Assembly (NCBI GenBank): GCA_016432365.1
Contig: CP066686.1
Span: 627,992 to 691,991 of the forward strand
Length of the DNA stretch: 64,000 bases
Source of the DNA: Candidatus Woesebacteria bacterium
GTDB taxonomy: Bacteria; Patescibacteriota; Microgenomatia; UBA8517
Reading direction: 5' to 3'
Shown here: in pieces, positions 9,883 to 18,785 of the stretch
Position numbering within the stretch: position 1 is the first letter of the stretch
Layout of the letters: every line of letters begins with the position of its first letter
The notes under the pieces: generated by a model
What the model saw: the letters and a program-made list of their open reading frames with translations, nothing else
The model's database searches: none
What the model was told of the DNA's origin: nothing
Position numbers and translations under genes: made by a program

Positions 9883-9911
9883 ATTATAGGGTTAATATGA
9901 GGCTAAGTCAA
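9883..9911 (-). promoter_or_regulatory. Sigma70-type promoter TTGACT-N17-TATAAT for the gene at 9345-9839
   Basis: Reverse complement reads ttgacttagcctcatattaaccctataat. Confidence 0.55.
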
Positions 9912-10014
9912 TTTGGAGGTTAATATGTAATATCACGACAATAAAATCCGCAAAACAAATAGCAGATCAGCGTTCAATCTAGATTAGGAAATATTTTTCC
10001 TAAATGATAGAGGG

Positions 10015-10551
10015 TCAACGGGGAAGTGTTAATACGTTCCCCACGTGGATTACATTTGGGTTAACCAGGTTGTTTGCTTTTGCAACGCTTACCCATTTAT
10101 ATCCGTCTCCGTATGCACGCAGCGATATGCTCCAAAGAGTATCTCCTTTAACTACCGTGTAGGTATCACCCGACACCGTCTCTACTTTTGCAGTTAAAGT
10201 TGGTTTTGTTGATGTTGGTTTTTTGGCTGAAACTTCAGGCAAAGTTAATTTTTGTCCAACCTCTATTGTGTCTGATTTAAGTTCGTTGGCTTTTTTAACA
10301 TCTACCCAGTTGTAACCGGAACCGTATTTATCTTCTGCTATGGACCAAAGAGTTTCCCCTTTGACAACAATATGTTCCTTTTGTGACTCACTACCGACAC
10401 TGGCGCCGTTTAATGTTTCACCTTTTTTATCCTTGAAGTAATTTACAATCAAAACTCCCACAACCACTATGACCAAAGCTCCTAAAACCATGCTGATATT
10501 TTCTTCGTTAAGCTTTAAGTTTTTTAAAAATTTTTTTAGATCAAAGTTCAA
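10015..10551 (-). CDS. Membrane-anchored protein with two LysM peptidoglycan-binding domains
   Basis: N-terminal TM helix. Two copies of V[VK]KG[ED]TLWSI...Y...W..V..AN.L......I.VGQ.LTLP. Confidence 0.8.
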   Translation of the reverse strand: MNFDLKKFLKNLKLNEENISMVLGALVIVVVGVLIVNYFKDKKGETLNGASVGSESQKEHIVVKGETLWSIAEDKYGSGYNWVDVKKANELKSDTIEVGQKLTLPEVSAKKPTSTKPTLTAKVETVSGDTYTVVKGDTLWSISLRAYGDGYKWVSVAKANNLVNPNVIHVGNVLTLPR

Positions 10552-10755
10552 ATAAATTCACCGTCCTTCGCCTTCGGTTTCGGAGCGGCAGGCCCCCCGG
10601 GCAAGGGAATCGAATTAGCCTGAATTTAGACTACAGATAGGACCAAGTCAAGAGGATAAAATTACTTGAAAAATGTGGTAAATGTTATAGATTGAAAATG
10701 GGCAACTTTAGCTTAAAGTGGGGTGAATTTATAAATAATTGAGCGGGACCTTTGG

Positions 10756-11253
10756 TCAGGGTTTTTGAAGCCGTGATATTAACGATTCGTCTGAAAGATT
10801 TTGGTAAATGTAGTTTTCAAGCTCTTGCCAGTCAGCCATAGGAATATTTTTCTTCCCTTCCCAGGTTTCTTTGAATAGTCCATCTATCTCTACACGTGAC
10901 TCCTGCCCTATGGCATCCGGAATTATGTAATTACCGCTTTCAAAATCCATTTCTGCGGCCTCGGGTAACTTGGCAACGTCGTATTTTTCTAGATCACTCC
11001 TTTTAATACGTACCACAACAAAACGACCGCCTTTTTCACCCTCCATGCGTTGAATGGCATAGGCTTTTAAACCGGCCAAGCTGTCACAATACCAAGCGCC
11101 AATCCAGTCTTTTCTGGAAACATTTCCCTCGCGTGTCGTATCATACGGAACTGATGGATTTTCGTATCTATAAAGTGAGATGTAGTCAGGATTTTTGTAT
11201 AAGTTAATTTTGTTAGAATTGTCTTCTGGCCCTTCTTGGTTGGTTGACTCCAT
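10756..11253 (-). CDS. Hypothetical protein
   Basis: ORF track. No motif recognised. Confidence 0.45.
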   Translation of the reverse strand: MESTNQEGPEDNSNKINLYKNPDYISLYRYENPSVPYDTTREGNVSRKDWIGAWYCDSLAGLKAYAIQRMEGEKGGRFVVVRIKRSDLEKYDVAKLPEAAEMDFESGNYIIPDAIGQESRVEIDGLFKETWEGKKNIPMADWQELENYIYQNLSDESLISRLQKP

Positions 11254-11359
11254 AAAGCAAGTATACCAAAAGTTCCAATCTCTTCATGGAATATTAGTAG
11301 TTTGGTATAGTTATTGAGTCAAATTTGCAATACAGGATCGGTGGGGTGGGTTTGGGGAA

Positions 11360-11680
11360 TTATTGTGTCAGTTTCTTGTAATAATCTATAAATCTTTCTG
11401 TTACTTTAATAACTCTTTTCCCATCTATTTTTTCTTCAGTTACCAAACCGGCAATCTTCAAATTAATTAACCCTTCGGTAAGTGAGGTTTCAGGTACCTC
11501 CCGACCAAAATGGACTCCATCGTAGAGTCCCTCGTTGGGGTGAAGATCGTCTACAAGTACCGGCACCCACTCATTTGCTTCTGACGCCTTCTCTATAATG
11601 GTTGCCATAATATCCTCAGCCTCATTATTGTGAGCTGGGGAATCTGCCAATTGGCTTTTTTCAACCATTTTGATCTCCAT
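11360..11680 (-). CDS. Small hypothetical protein. Start probably MEIKMVEK, since the track N-terminus overlaps a structured region.
   Basis: ORF track. Confidence 0.45.
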   Translation of the reverse strand: MEIKMVEKSQLADSPAHNNEAEDIMATIIEKASEANEWVPVLVDDLHPNEGLYDGVHFGREVPETSLTEGLINLKIAGLVTEEKIDGKRVIKVTERFIDYYKKLTQ

Positions 11681-11777
11681 ATGTATTTGTTTCCGCCGAC
11701 TTGGCGGGAATAACACAGACGCTGTCGCTTCGTGCGGGCCCTGCCTCGCTGGAACCGAAGCTTTAGCGAGGTGAAAG

Positions 11778-11851
11778 CGGGATCGACGAGATTCGGACTC
11801 GCAACCTCTTCCGTGACAGGGAAGCGCTCTAGCCAGTTGAGCTACGACCCC
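11778..11851 (-). tRNA. tRNA-Asp (anticodon GTC)
   Basis: Canonical cloverleaf: acceptor GGGGTCG/CGATCCC (one GU pair), D-arm GCTC-AACTGGCTA-GAGC, anticodon stem CTTCC/GGAAG with loop CTGTCAC, T-arm GCGAG-TCCGAAT-CTCGT. Confidence 0.85.
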
Positions 11852-11971
11852 TTATTTTACCCAGGGGATAGCTACATTTTACCACGAAGGTTTCAAAAAT
11901 CCGAGTGGCAAGCTATGCATGCAACCAGTCTGACTTGAAAAGATTGGCTTGTTAGCACCTATAATCTTGAT

Positions 11972-11991
11972 TATGTCGACAATTCGACATA
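11972..11991. promoter_or_regulatory. Perfect 8-bp inverted repeat TATGTCGA-caat-TCGACATA between two TATAAT-like hexamers; candidate operator
   Basis: Read directly from the sequence. Confidence 0.3.
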
Positions 11992-12074
11992 TAATTGCCC
12001 CTTCAGTTTGAGCTGTTTATATCAAGTCTAAGTACAGCTAATCCAATTATCATTTCAAGATTGAGAGGATAACC

Positions 12075-12338
12075 ATGCAAAGTCTCAAGTTTAGGTTTAG
12101 AAATAAGCGCGTGTTCGCCCTTTTCCTGTTGAACGCCGGTCCAATCACTGTTCATTCGGTAGAAGAAAGGCCGTCCAATATTGTTTTTGAGGGCGTTGAA
12201 GGCCATACCGCCACAAACAATGGGCAGGTTCATACTTTCCAAACGACAGTCACCCTGAACGGGGAATCCGCTTTGGCCCAGGTTACGTTCAAAGTTGAAC
12301 AAGAAATCACCGGTGACATCAACTGGCTTTCGAATTGA
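12075..12338 (+). CDS. Small hypothetical protein (87 aa). Preferred over the overlapping minus-strand ORF.
   Basis: GAGAGGA ribosome-binding site 6 nt upstream, and an intrinsic terminator immediately downstream. Confidence 0.4.
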   Translation: MQSLKFRFRNKRVFALFLLNAGPITVHSVEERPSNIVFEGVEGHTATNNGQVHTFQTTVTLNGESALAQVTFKVEQEITGDINWLSN

Positions 12339-12344
12339 GGTTCG

Positions 12345-12400
12345 GCCCGCTCAACTAGTTAACCATTTTGGTTAATTCAGTCTCGAGCGGGTTTTTTTTT
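12345..12400 (+). terminator. Rho-independent terminator: stem GCCCGCTC/GAGCGGG with a nested hairpin, followed by T9
   Basis: gcccgctcaactagttaaccattttggttaattcagtctcgagcgggttttttttt. Confidence 0.6.
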
Positions 12401-12430
12401 GAGTTTTTTTCCTCTGATATAATTAATCTG

Positions 12431-14239
12431 ATGACAAATCTTCAAATAGCAGAACTTCTAAGAGATGCAGCAGCTGCATATCAATTAAAAGATCAGAATA
12501 AGTATAAATTCCAAATAATTGCATACGAACGGGCGGCGGATGCAGTGGAACACGCTACAAGCGAGCTTAAAGACCTTTGGGATGATGGAAAGCTAACTGA
12601 CGTTCCGGGAATAGGTCCTTCGATCGCTGAACATCTTAGTGAGATCTTCAAAACCGGTCACTCCAAACATTTTGATGAACTTATGAAGAATATTCCCAAA
12701 GAGGCCTTTAAATTAATGGAATTGCCCGGAATTGGTATCAAAACCGCAATGAAATTGCTAAAAGAAGGTGACCTGAAAGATATAAACGATAAATTAAAAG
12801 AAGTGGAGATAAAAGAGAAAAAAAGTAAACGTCATTTGTTGCCCTATGCCGCCATGAACGCTGGACTTGTTATTGACTGGATGAAAAAAGATAAGAATGT
12901 TATCCAAATTGACCCATTGGGCAGCTTGCGACGTCAGGTTTCGACCATTGGCGACATTGATCTATCTGTTGCGACAAACGAACCTGCAGAAGTTTTAGAA
13001 CATTTCACTAAATATCCCGACACTCAAAAAATTATTGAAAAAGGAGATATCAGCTCTTCAATAATCTTACCCGGTGGAATTCAAGTGGACATAATGGCAC
13101 AACCGGTAGAAGCATATGGATCGCTCCTTCAGCATTTCACAGGTAGTAAACATCATAATATTGCATTACGCGAATATGCTTTAAAAAAGGGATTAAGCTT
13201 GTCGGAAAAAGGAATTAAAGATCTCAAAAGTCAAAAGTCAAAAGTCAAAACTACAAATCAAAATTTAAAAGTGGCGAAATTTGATACAGAAGAGAAGTTT
13301 TATAACTTTTTGGGTCTGGATTATATCGAGCCGGAACTTAGGGAGGACACAGGTGAAATCGAAGCGGCCCTTCGACAGGCTCAGGGTCTTCGACCAGGGT
13401 TACCAAAACTTGTTGAACTAAAAGATATTAAGGCTGATCTTCAAATTCACTCGAGTTTTAATATCGAAACAAGTCACGATTTGGGAGCGAGTTCAATGGA
13501 AGAAATAATTAAAAAGGGAAATGAACTCGGTTACGAGTATTTGGCCTTCACGGAACATAACCCGTCGCAGAAAGGGCACACAGATAGACAAATTGCTGAT
13601 ATTTTAAAATGGAAAAGAGAGGTTGTAGATAAAATTAATTTTAAATTACAAAATAGCGGAAGCCGCCTACGTAAAACTTCGGCGAGCCAAAGGGTAGAAC
13701 AAAAAAATTACTCAATATCTAAAACGAATACAAAATATGTTCGTAAGGTATTTAATAGCCTTGAAATTGATATTAAATCCGATGGCAGTCTGCCTGTTCC
13801 CGTAGAAGGTTTAGAAACTTTGGATTTTGCTTTAGTTTCAATTCACTCTAGTTTTGATCTTTCTCGAGAGCTTCAAACAAAACGGGTCCTCTCGGCGTTA
13901 TCTAATCCAAAAGTAAAAATATTTGCTCATCCTACCGGACGCAAATTGAATGAACGCGAAGGAGCGGAATTAAATTGGCCGGAGATTTTTGAATTTTGTC
14001 TCAAAAATAATAAGTGGGTAGAAATAAATTGTGACCCAATGAGATTGGATTTACCGGATACGCTAGTTCGCGAGGCTGTGAAACTTGGTGTGAAATTGTC
14101 ATTTGGTACAGATGCTCATCACATTGACGGAATGAACAATATGATATTCGGAGTGTCTGTTGCCAGGCGCGGATGGTGTGAAGCAAAGGATATTGTGAAC
14201 ACAAGAAGTTTGAAAGAGTTTGAAGAGATGTTAGAATAA
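12431..14239 (+). CDS. polX: DNA polymerase/3'-5' exonuclease PolX (family X polymerase with a C-terminal PHP domain)
   Basis: HhH motifs (GIGPSIAEHL, LPGIGIKTAMKL), a pol-beta nucleotidyltransferase core, and a PHP region (HSSFNIETSHD, HNPSQKG). Start moved to MTNLQIAELL. Confidence 0.8.
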   Translation: MTNLQIAELLRDAAAAYQLKDQNKYKFQIIAYERAADAVEHATSELKDLWDDGKLTDVPGIGPSIAEHLSEIFKTGHSKHFDELMKNIPKEAFKLMELPGIGIKTAMKLLKEGDLKDINDKLKEVEIKEKKSKRHLLPYAAMNAGLVIDWMKKDKNVIQIDPLGSLRRQVSTIGDIDLSVATNEPAEVLEHFTKYPDTQKIIEKGDISSSIILPGGIQVDIMAQPVEAYGSLLQHFTGSKHHNIALREYALKKGLSLSEKGIKDLKSQKSKVKTTNQNLKVAKFDTEEKFYNFLGLDYIEPELREDTGEIEAALRQAQGLRPGLPKLVELKDIKADLQIHSSFNIETSHDLGASSMEEIIKKGNELGYEYLAFTEHNPSQKGHTDRQIADILKWKREVVDKINFKLQNSGSRLRKTSASQRVEQKNYSISKTNTKYVRKVFNSLEIDIKSDGSLPVPVEGLETLDFALVSIHSSFDLSRELQTKRVLSALSNPKVKIFAHPTGRKLNEREGAELNWPEIFEFCLKNNKWVEINCDPMRLDLPDTLVREAVKLGVKLSFGTDAHHIDGMNNMIFGVSVARRGWCEAKDIVNTRSLKEFEEMLE

Positions 14240-14277
14240 CTGGTCGCCTATGTTAAAACTACGGCGAGCCGAGGGAG

Positions 14278-14841
14278 GTGATATTTATGCCATATATTTT
14301 ATTAGGAATTGTTTTAATTTTAGTTCTTTGGGTGGTTTCGATTTACAATTTTTTTGTATCGACAAAGACCAGAGTTGGAGCTGCGATTCAGGAGATTGGA
14401 AACCAGCTTAAAAGACAGGCTGAACTTATTCCAAATTTGGAATCTTCAGTAAAAGGATATCTTAAGCACGAAAAAGGAATATTGGAAATGTTGTCCGATG
14501 CCAGAAAGATGGTATCTAGTGGTAAAGATGCGTCCAAAAAGATTTCAGAACTTTTGCCAAAACTTCAAGTTGTTGTTGAAAGCAATCCACAACTTAAAGG
14601 TGCTGATGTAGTTACGAACCTGATGAATGATCTAAGAGATACGAGTGATAAAGTAATGTATGCAAGAAGACTCTTAATTGACCTTACTGCTGATTACAAT
14701 GTTAAACGTGTAACTTTTCCCAGCAATTTGGTTGCCGACATGTTTCATTTTGAAACATTAAAGGGTTTGGAAACACCCGAAAGCGGAGACTTTACCAAAG
14801 TCTCAGAAACAGACACCAAAACTCCCAAGGTCAATTTTTAA
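14278..14841 (+). CDS. lemA: LemA family membrane protein
   Basis: N-terminal TM helix and the LemA-type region IQEIGNQLKRQAELIPNL...NPQLKGADVV. Confidence 0.7.
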   Translation: MIFMPYILLGIVLILVLWVVSIYNFFVSTKTRVGAAIQEIGNQLKRQAELIPNLESSVKGYLKHEKGILEMLSDARKMVSSGKDASKKISELLPKLQVVVESNPQLKGADVVTNLMNDLRDTSDKVMYARRLLIDLTADYNVKRVTFPSNLVADMFHFETLKGLETPESGDFTKVSETDTKTPKVNF

Positions 14842-16067
14842 TGGAGAATAAAGCATTCGATCGCTCAAAAAGATTTGATCTTTTGCGCTTGAACAAATTT
14901 TATTTGTTTTGGTGCAGGTTTTTTGTAGACCTTAACGCATTAAATGCGGTAGTTCAGCTTTTTTATTTACAACGAGGGGTAACACTTTCTCAAATTTACT
15001 TTTTGGGAATAGCTTTTTCTGTCGGAGTTCTGATTTTTGATATTCCTTCAAGTTATTTGGCCGATAGGTGGGGTAGGAAAAACACAATATTTTTAGGAGT
15101 ATTGATTAATATATTGGCTAACGGTTACCTTTTTGTCGCCCGCGGTTTTTGGCCATTTTTTATCGATACTTTTATACTGGCGGCCTCTTATTCATTCTTT
15201 TTCGGAGTAGAAGATGCATTTTTGTACGACAATTCAAAAGAAATGAAGCAAGAAGGAATAGTGATAAAAACGGCGGGAAAATATGCGGCTGCAGGCAGGA
15301 TTTCCAAAATTTTAACCCCGCTTTTTGGGGCGATAATTGCAAAAAATCTTACTTCACTACAGTTCGATATTTTGCTTTTTATTAATTTTGTAAGTTCATG
15401 TTTCGCCGCATTTTTTGCGTTTAAGCTGACAGAACCTAAAAGATTTATTGCAAAATTTCAAACCCAACTCTCAATTTTTAAAGACGGCCTTTCTACATTT
15501 TGGAATACAGAGGCCCTGCGTGTATTCGCCCTAAATAAGTCCTCAATTTTTATTGCCAGTTTTATTTTCTGGAGATTTTATCAGGACGCCTTGTATACCA
15601 GAGGATTTTCGGTTCTTCTTCTTGGTTTAATTTACCCCGTATCAAACGCAATTTTGGTTTCTGTGTTTGTTTTAGCCCCTAAAATTACAGAGAAAATAAA
15701 TTATTCCTTGATATTTAACTCGGTTGTTTATATTACTCTTGGAGCATCCATATTGTTTATTTTGACTGATTTCAAGTTGGCATTATATTTATCGTCAATA
15801 ATACTATTATCGGTAGCAACTGTCCGGGACCCGTTTTTTTTCCAACAAATTCACTACAGAATAAAATCGTACAATAGGGCGACCTCAAGTTCTATACTTG
15901 GCATATTTAAAAATCTTTCCGATATACCACTTCTGCTTTTATCGGGGTACATTGCTTCGTTTGGGGGAAAATGGATAATGGTTATTCCAATTACCCTTTC
16001 CTTGATTACAATTGTTTTCTTCCGAATCAAACCTAAATATATTGTTTTGTCGTATAATGAAGACTGA
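14841..16067 (+). CDS. MFS-type transporter (multi-pass membrane protein)
   Basis: 12-TM-like hydrophobic profile. The D-R-W-G-R-K motif after TM2 is characteristic of MFS. Confidence 0.6.
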   Translation: MENKAFDRSKRFDLLRLNKFYLFWCRFFVDLNALNAVVQLFYLQRGVTLSQIYFLGIAFSVGVLIFDIPSSYLADRWGRKNTIFLGVLINILANGYLFVARGFWPFFIDTFILAASYSFFFGVEDAFLYDNSKEMKQEGIVIKTAGKYAAAGRISKILTPLFGAIIAKNLTSLQFDILLFINFVSSCFAAFFAFKLTEPKRFIAKFQTQLSIFKDGLSTFWNTEALRVFALNKSSIFIASFIFWRFYQDALYTRGFSVLLLGLIYPVSNAILVSVFVLAPKITEKINYSLIFNSVVYITLGASILFILTDFKLALYLSSIILLSVATVRDPFFFQQIHYRIKSYNRATSSSILGIFKNLSDIPLLLLSGYIASFGGKWIMVIPITLSLITIVFFRIKPKYIVLSYNED

Positions 16068-17005
16068 TGAAAAACATTTACGAAGTCCAGTCTGCTAATA
16101 AAATTAAAAGCGCCGTTGTTGTGACATTTTTTGTAATTTTTGTTTTTGTATCTGTCTACATTTTAACGAATGCTTTTGGTTACTATATGGGCTACCAGCC
16201 GGGAGGGGTAGGTTACTTTGGAATGGCGATGATAATCTCCGGAATTTCTTCTTTTGTGAGTTACTACTATTCTGACAAAATCGTCTTGGGAATTTCGGGG
16301 GCGCGGCCAGCAAACGCAATCGAGGACAAACTGTTTACTCAGGTGGCTGAAAATTTATGTATCGGCGCGGGAATTCCTAAACCCAAATTGTATGTAATAG
16401 AAGACACAGCTCCTAATGCTTTTGCAACGGGACGCGACCCGGATCATGCTGTGGTTTGTGCAACAACAGGGCTTCTCTCAAAATTAAATCGAACGGAGTT
16501 GGAAGGAGTTTTGGCTCACGAAATTTCTCACATCAGAAATTATGACATTCGTTTAATGTCAGTTGTTTCTGTTATGGTAGGGCTCGTCGCCTTACTTGGA
16601 GATTGGTTTTTTAGAATAAGTTATTTTGGGCGGGGGTCAAGAGATCGTGACAATGGAAATATCGGAGCGATTTTTTTGGTGCTGGGAATAATTTTTGCCA
16701 TACTTTCACCAATAATTGCCCAATTAATCCAACTGGCGATCAGTAGGCGCAGGGAGTTCACAGCTGACGCAGGTTCGGTTGAAATGACCAGACAACCACA
16801 AGGACTTATCTCTGCCCTCAAAAAGATATCTGCCGATACCGAACCACTTGAAGCAGCAAATAAAGCAACTGCCCATTTATATATCGTAAATCCTTTCCAT
16901 TCGATTTCCGGCAGAGGCCAACGGGCAGTGAACTTTATGGCCGGTTTGTTTAACACCCATCCTCCAATGCCGGAACGCATTACGGCTCTTCAAAATATGA
17001 TGTGA
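16067..17005 (+). CDS. htpX: Zinc metalloprotease HtpX (M48 family)
   Basis: N-terminal TM helices, HExxH (LAHEISHIRNYD) and an M48 layout. ATGA overlap with the upstream gene. Confidence 0.8.
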   Translation: MKNIYEVQSANKIKSAVVVTFFVIFVFVSVYILTNAFGYYMGYQPGGVGYFGMAMIISGISSFVSYYYSDKIVLGISGARPANAIEDKLFTQVAENLCIGAGIPKPKLYVIEDTAPNAFATGRDPDHAVVCATTGLLSKLNRTELEGVLAHEISHIRNYDIRLMSVVSVMVGLVALLGDWFFRISYFGRGSRDRDNGNIGAIFLVLGIIFAILSPIIAQLIQLAISRRREFTADAGSVEMTRQPQGLISALKKISADTEPLEAANKATAHLYIVNPFHSISGRGQRAVNFMAGLFNTHPPMPERITALQNMM

Positions 17006-17017
17006 GTCGGGTATTAT

Positions 17018-17332
17018 ATGGATATGGCGAAGCTTTCAAAGGCAGATGTAGAACATGTAGCGGGTTTAGCGAAATTGGACTTGACTGAGACTGAAATCAA
17101 TAAATTTCTTCCCCAACTTTCCCAGATACTCGAACATGTTGGTGAATTGGGCAAGGTCGATACTACAGACCTTGCTCCTACCAGTCAGACTACCGGACTC
17201 ACAAACGTGTTTCGTGAAGATGAAGTCAAGCCAAGTAGTATTGATCTGGACGGTGCACTCTCGGGAACTGACAATACATTCAACGGATATTTCAAGGTAG
17301 AGGCAATACTAACGGAAAGGACAGATAAGTAG
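17018..17332 (+). CDS. gatC: Asp/Glu-tRNA amidotransferase subunit C
   Basis: Typical GatC N-terminus VEHVAGLAKLDLTETEINKF; about 100 aa. Confidence 0.85.
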   Translation: MDMAKLSKADVEHVAGLAKLDLTETEINKFLPQLSQILEHVGELGKVDTTDLAPTSQTTGLTNVFREDEVKPSSIDLDGALSGTDNTFNGYFKVEAILTERTDK

Positions 17333-17370
17333 AACAATTATTCAGTAAGTCAGTAAAGTCAATAAATAGA

Positions 17371-18765
17371 TTGTCAAAAATGAAGAATAAGTTACCACTC
17401 ACAATAAAAGAAACACAAGACGGACTTATTAAAAAGGAGTTTTCTGCTGTAGAGCTTGTCGATTCATATTTGGGTCAGATAAAAAGGTACAACGAGGAAT
17501 ACAATATCTTTCTTACAATTTGTGAGGACGAAGCTTACAAAAAGGCAAAGGAACTGGATAAATCGGGCGCCTATGCAACTCCATTAGCTGGAGTTGTCAC
17601 TTCGTATAAAGACATATTTTTAACAAAAGGAGTAAGAACTACAGCCGGATCAAAAGTTTTGGAAAGTTACATTCCACCTTACTCCGCAACCAGCGTATCC
17701 CGGATAGAAAATGCCGGGGCAATTCCGATAGGTAAATTAAACTGCGATGCCTGGGCGCATGGCTCATCAGGTGAAAATAGCGATTTTGGTTCTACAAAAA
17801 ACCCTTGGAATAAAGAATATGTGCCCGGAGGATCTTCAAGCGGTTCCGGGGCTGCGCTTGCGGCGAATATGAGTTTGATTACAACAGGAACTGATACTTG
17901 CGGGTCGATTAGATTGCCTGCGAATTATTGTTTTAGCGTTGCAATTAAACCGACCTATGGGGCTGTCTCCCGTTATGGAGTTATTGCTATGGCGTCTTCG
18001 CTGGATACGGTTGGGCCAATAGGAAGAACTGTCGAGGATGTAGAAACTGTTTTTAACGTTATAAAAGGGGAAGATGGATTTGATGGAACAGTTACAAACG
18101 AAGAACGAAAAGTGAAAAGTGAAAAGTTAAAAATTGGAATACCAAAAGAGTTCTTCACAGGAGGAATTGATCCGGAAGTCGAAAAAACAATAACTTTAGC
18201 AATAGAAGTTTTGAAAAATGAGGGTGTTGAGTTTAAAGAAGTAACTCTTCCTTCCACAAAATATGCTATCGATGTTTATTATGTTATTCAGCCGGCTGAA
18301 GTTTCATCTAATTTGGGAAGGTTTGATGGGATACGCTACGGAAATGGACGTGACGCTTTTGGAGATGAGGCAAAACGGAGAATAATGCTTGGAACTTATG
18401 TTTTATCTGCCGGATACTACGATGCTTATTATCTTAAAGCTATGAAGGTTAGATCTAAAATAATTAGCGAGGTAGACAAAGTATTTGATGAAGTGGACGC
18501 ACTTATAGCCCCGGTTGCCCCAACGCCACCGTTTAAGTTGGGAGACAAAGTTTCGGATCCCCTTACAATGTATTTAACTGATGTTTACGCTGCCACTGCA
18601 AATCTTTGCGGAATTCCTTCTCTTGCGCTACCAAGTGGATTTTCAAAACTAGGTTTGCCTCTCGGGTTTCAGTTGATGGGCCCGAGATTTTCGGAAAATA
18701 ATCTTTTTGAGTTAGGTAAAACTTGTCACAGAGCAATGAGTTACGAGCCAAAAGTTGCATTCTAA
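17371..18765 (+). CDS. gatA: Asp/Glu-tRNA amidotransferase subunit A (amidase signature)
   Basis: GGSSSGSGAALAA amidase-signature motif. Length 464 aa. Confidence 0.9.
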   Translation: MSKMKNKLPLTIKETQDGLIKKEFSAVELVDSYLGQIKRYNEEYNIFLTICEDEAYKKAKELDKSGAYATPLAGVVTSYKDIFLTKGVRTTAGSKVLESYIPPYSATSVSRIENAGAIPIGKLNCDAWAHGSSGENSDFGSTKNPWNKEYVPGGSSSGSGAALAANMSLITTGTDTCGSIRLPANYCFSVAIKPTYGAVSRYGVIAMASSLDTVGPIGRTVEDVETVFNVIKGEDGFDGTVTNEERKVKSEKLKIGIPKEFFTGGIDPEVEKTITLAIEVLKNEGVEFKEVTLPSTKYAIDVYYVIQPAEVSSNLGRFDGIRYGNGRDAFGDEAKRRIMLGTYVLSAGYYDAYYLKAMKVRSKIISEVDKVFDEVDALIAPVAPTPPFKLGDKVSDPLTMYLTDVYAATANLCGIPSLALPSGFSKLGLPLGFQLMGPRFSENNLFELGKTCHRAMSYEPKVAF

Positions 18766-18785
18766 AATTATAATGTTCAAATAAA

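Noticed and set aside
11717-11777. Possible small ncRNA or second tRNA next to tRNA-Asp
   Set aside because: Stems are present (CCTCGCT/AGCGAGG, CCGCC/GGCGG) but there is no T-loop or cloverleaf. More likely a 3' trailer or structured intergenic sequence. Left unassigned.
11732-11938. ORF (68 aa) on the + strand
   Set aside because: Lies antisense over tRNA-Asp (11778-11851). Its translation is the typical tRNA-antisense artefact.
12003-12302. Minus-strand ORF (99 aa) overlapping the + ORF at 12075-12338
   Set aside because: The + strand ORF has a GAGAGGA ribosome-binding site and is followed by a strong intrinsic terminator. The minus ORF has neither.
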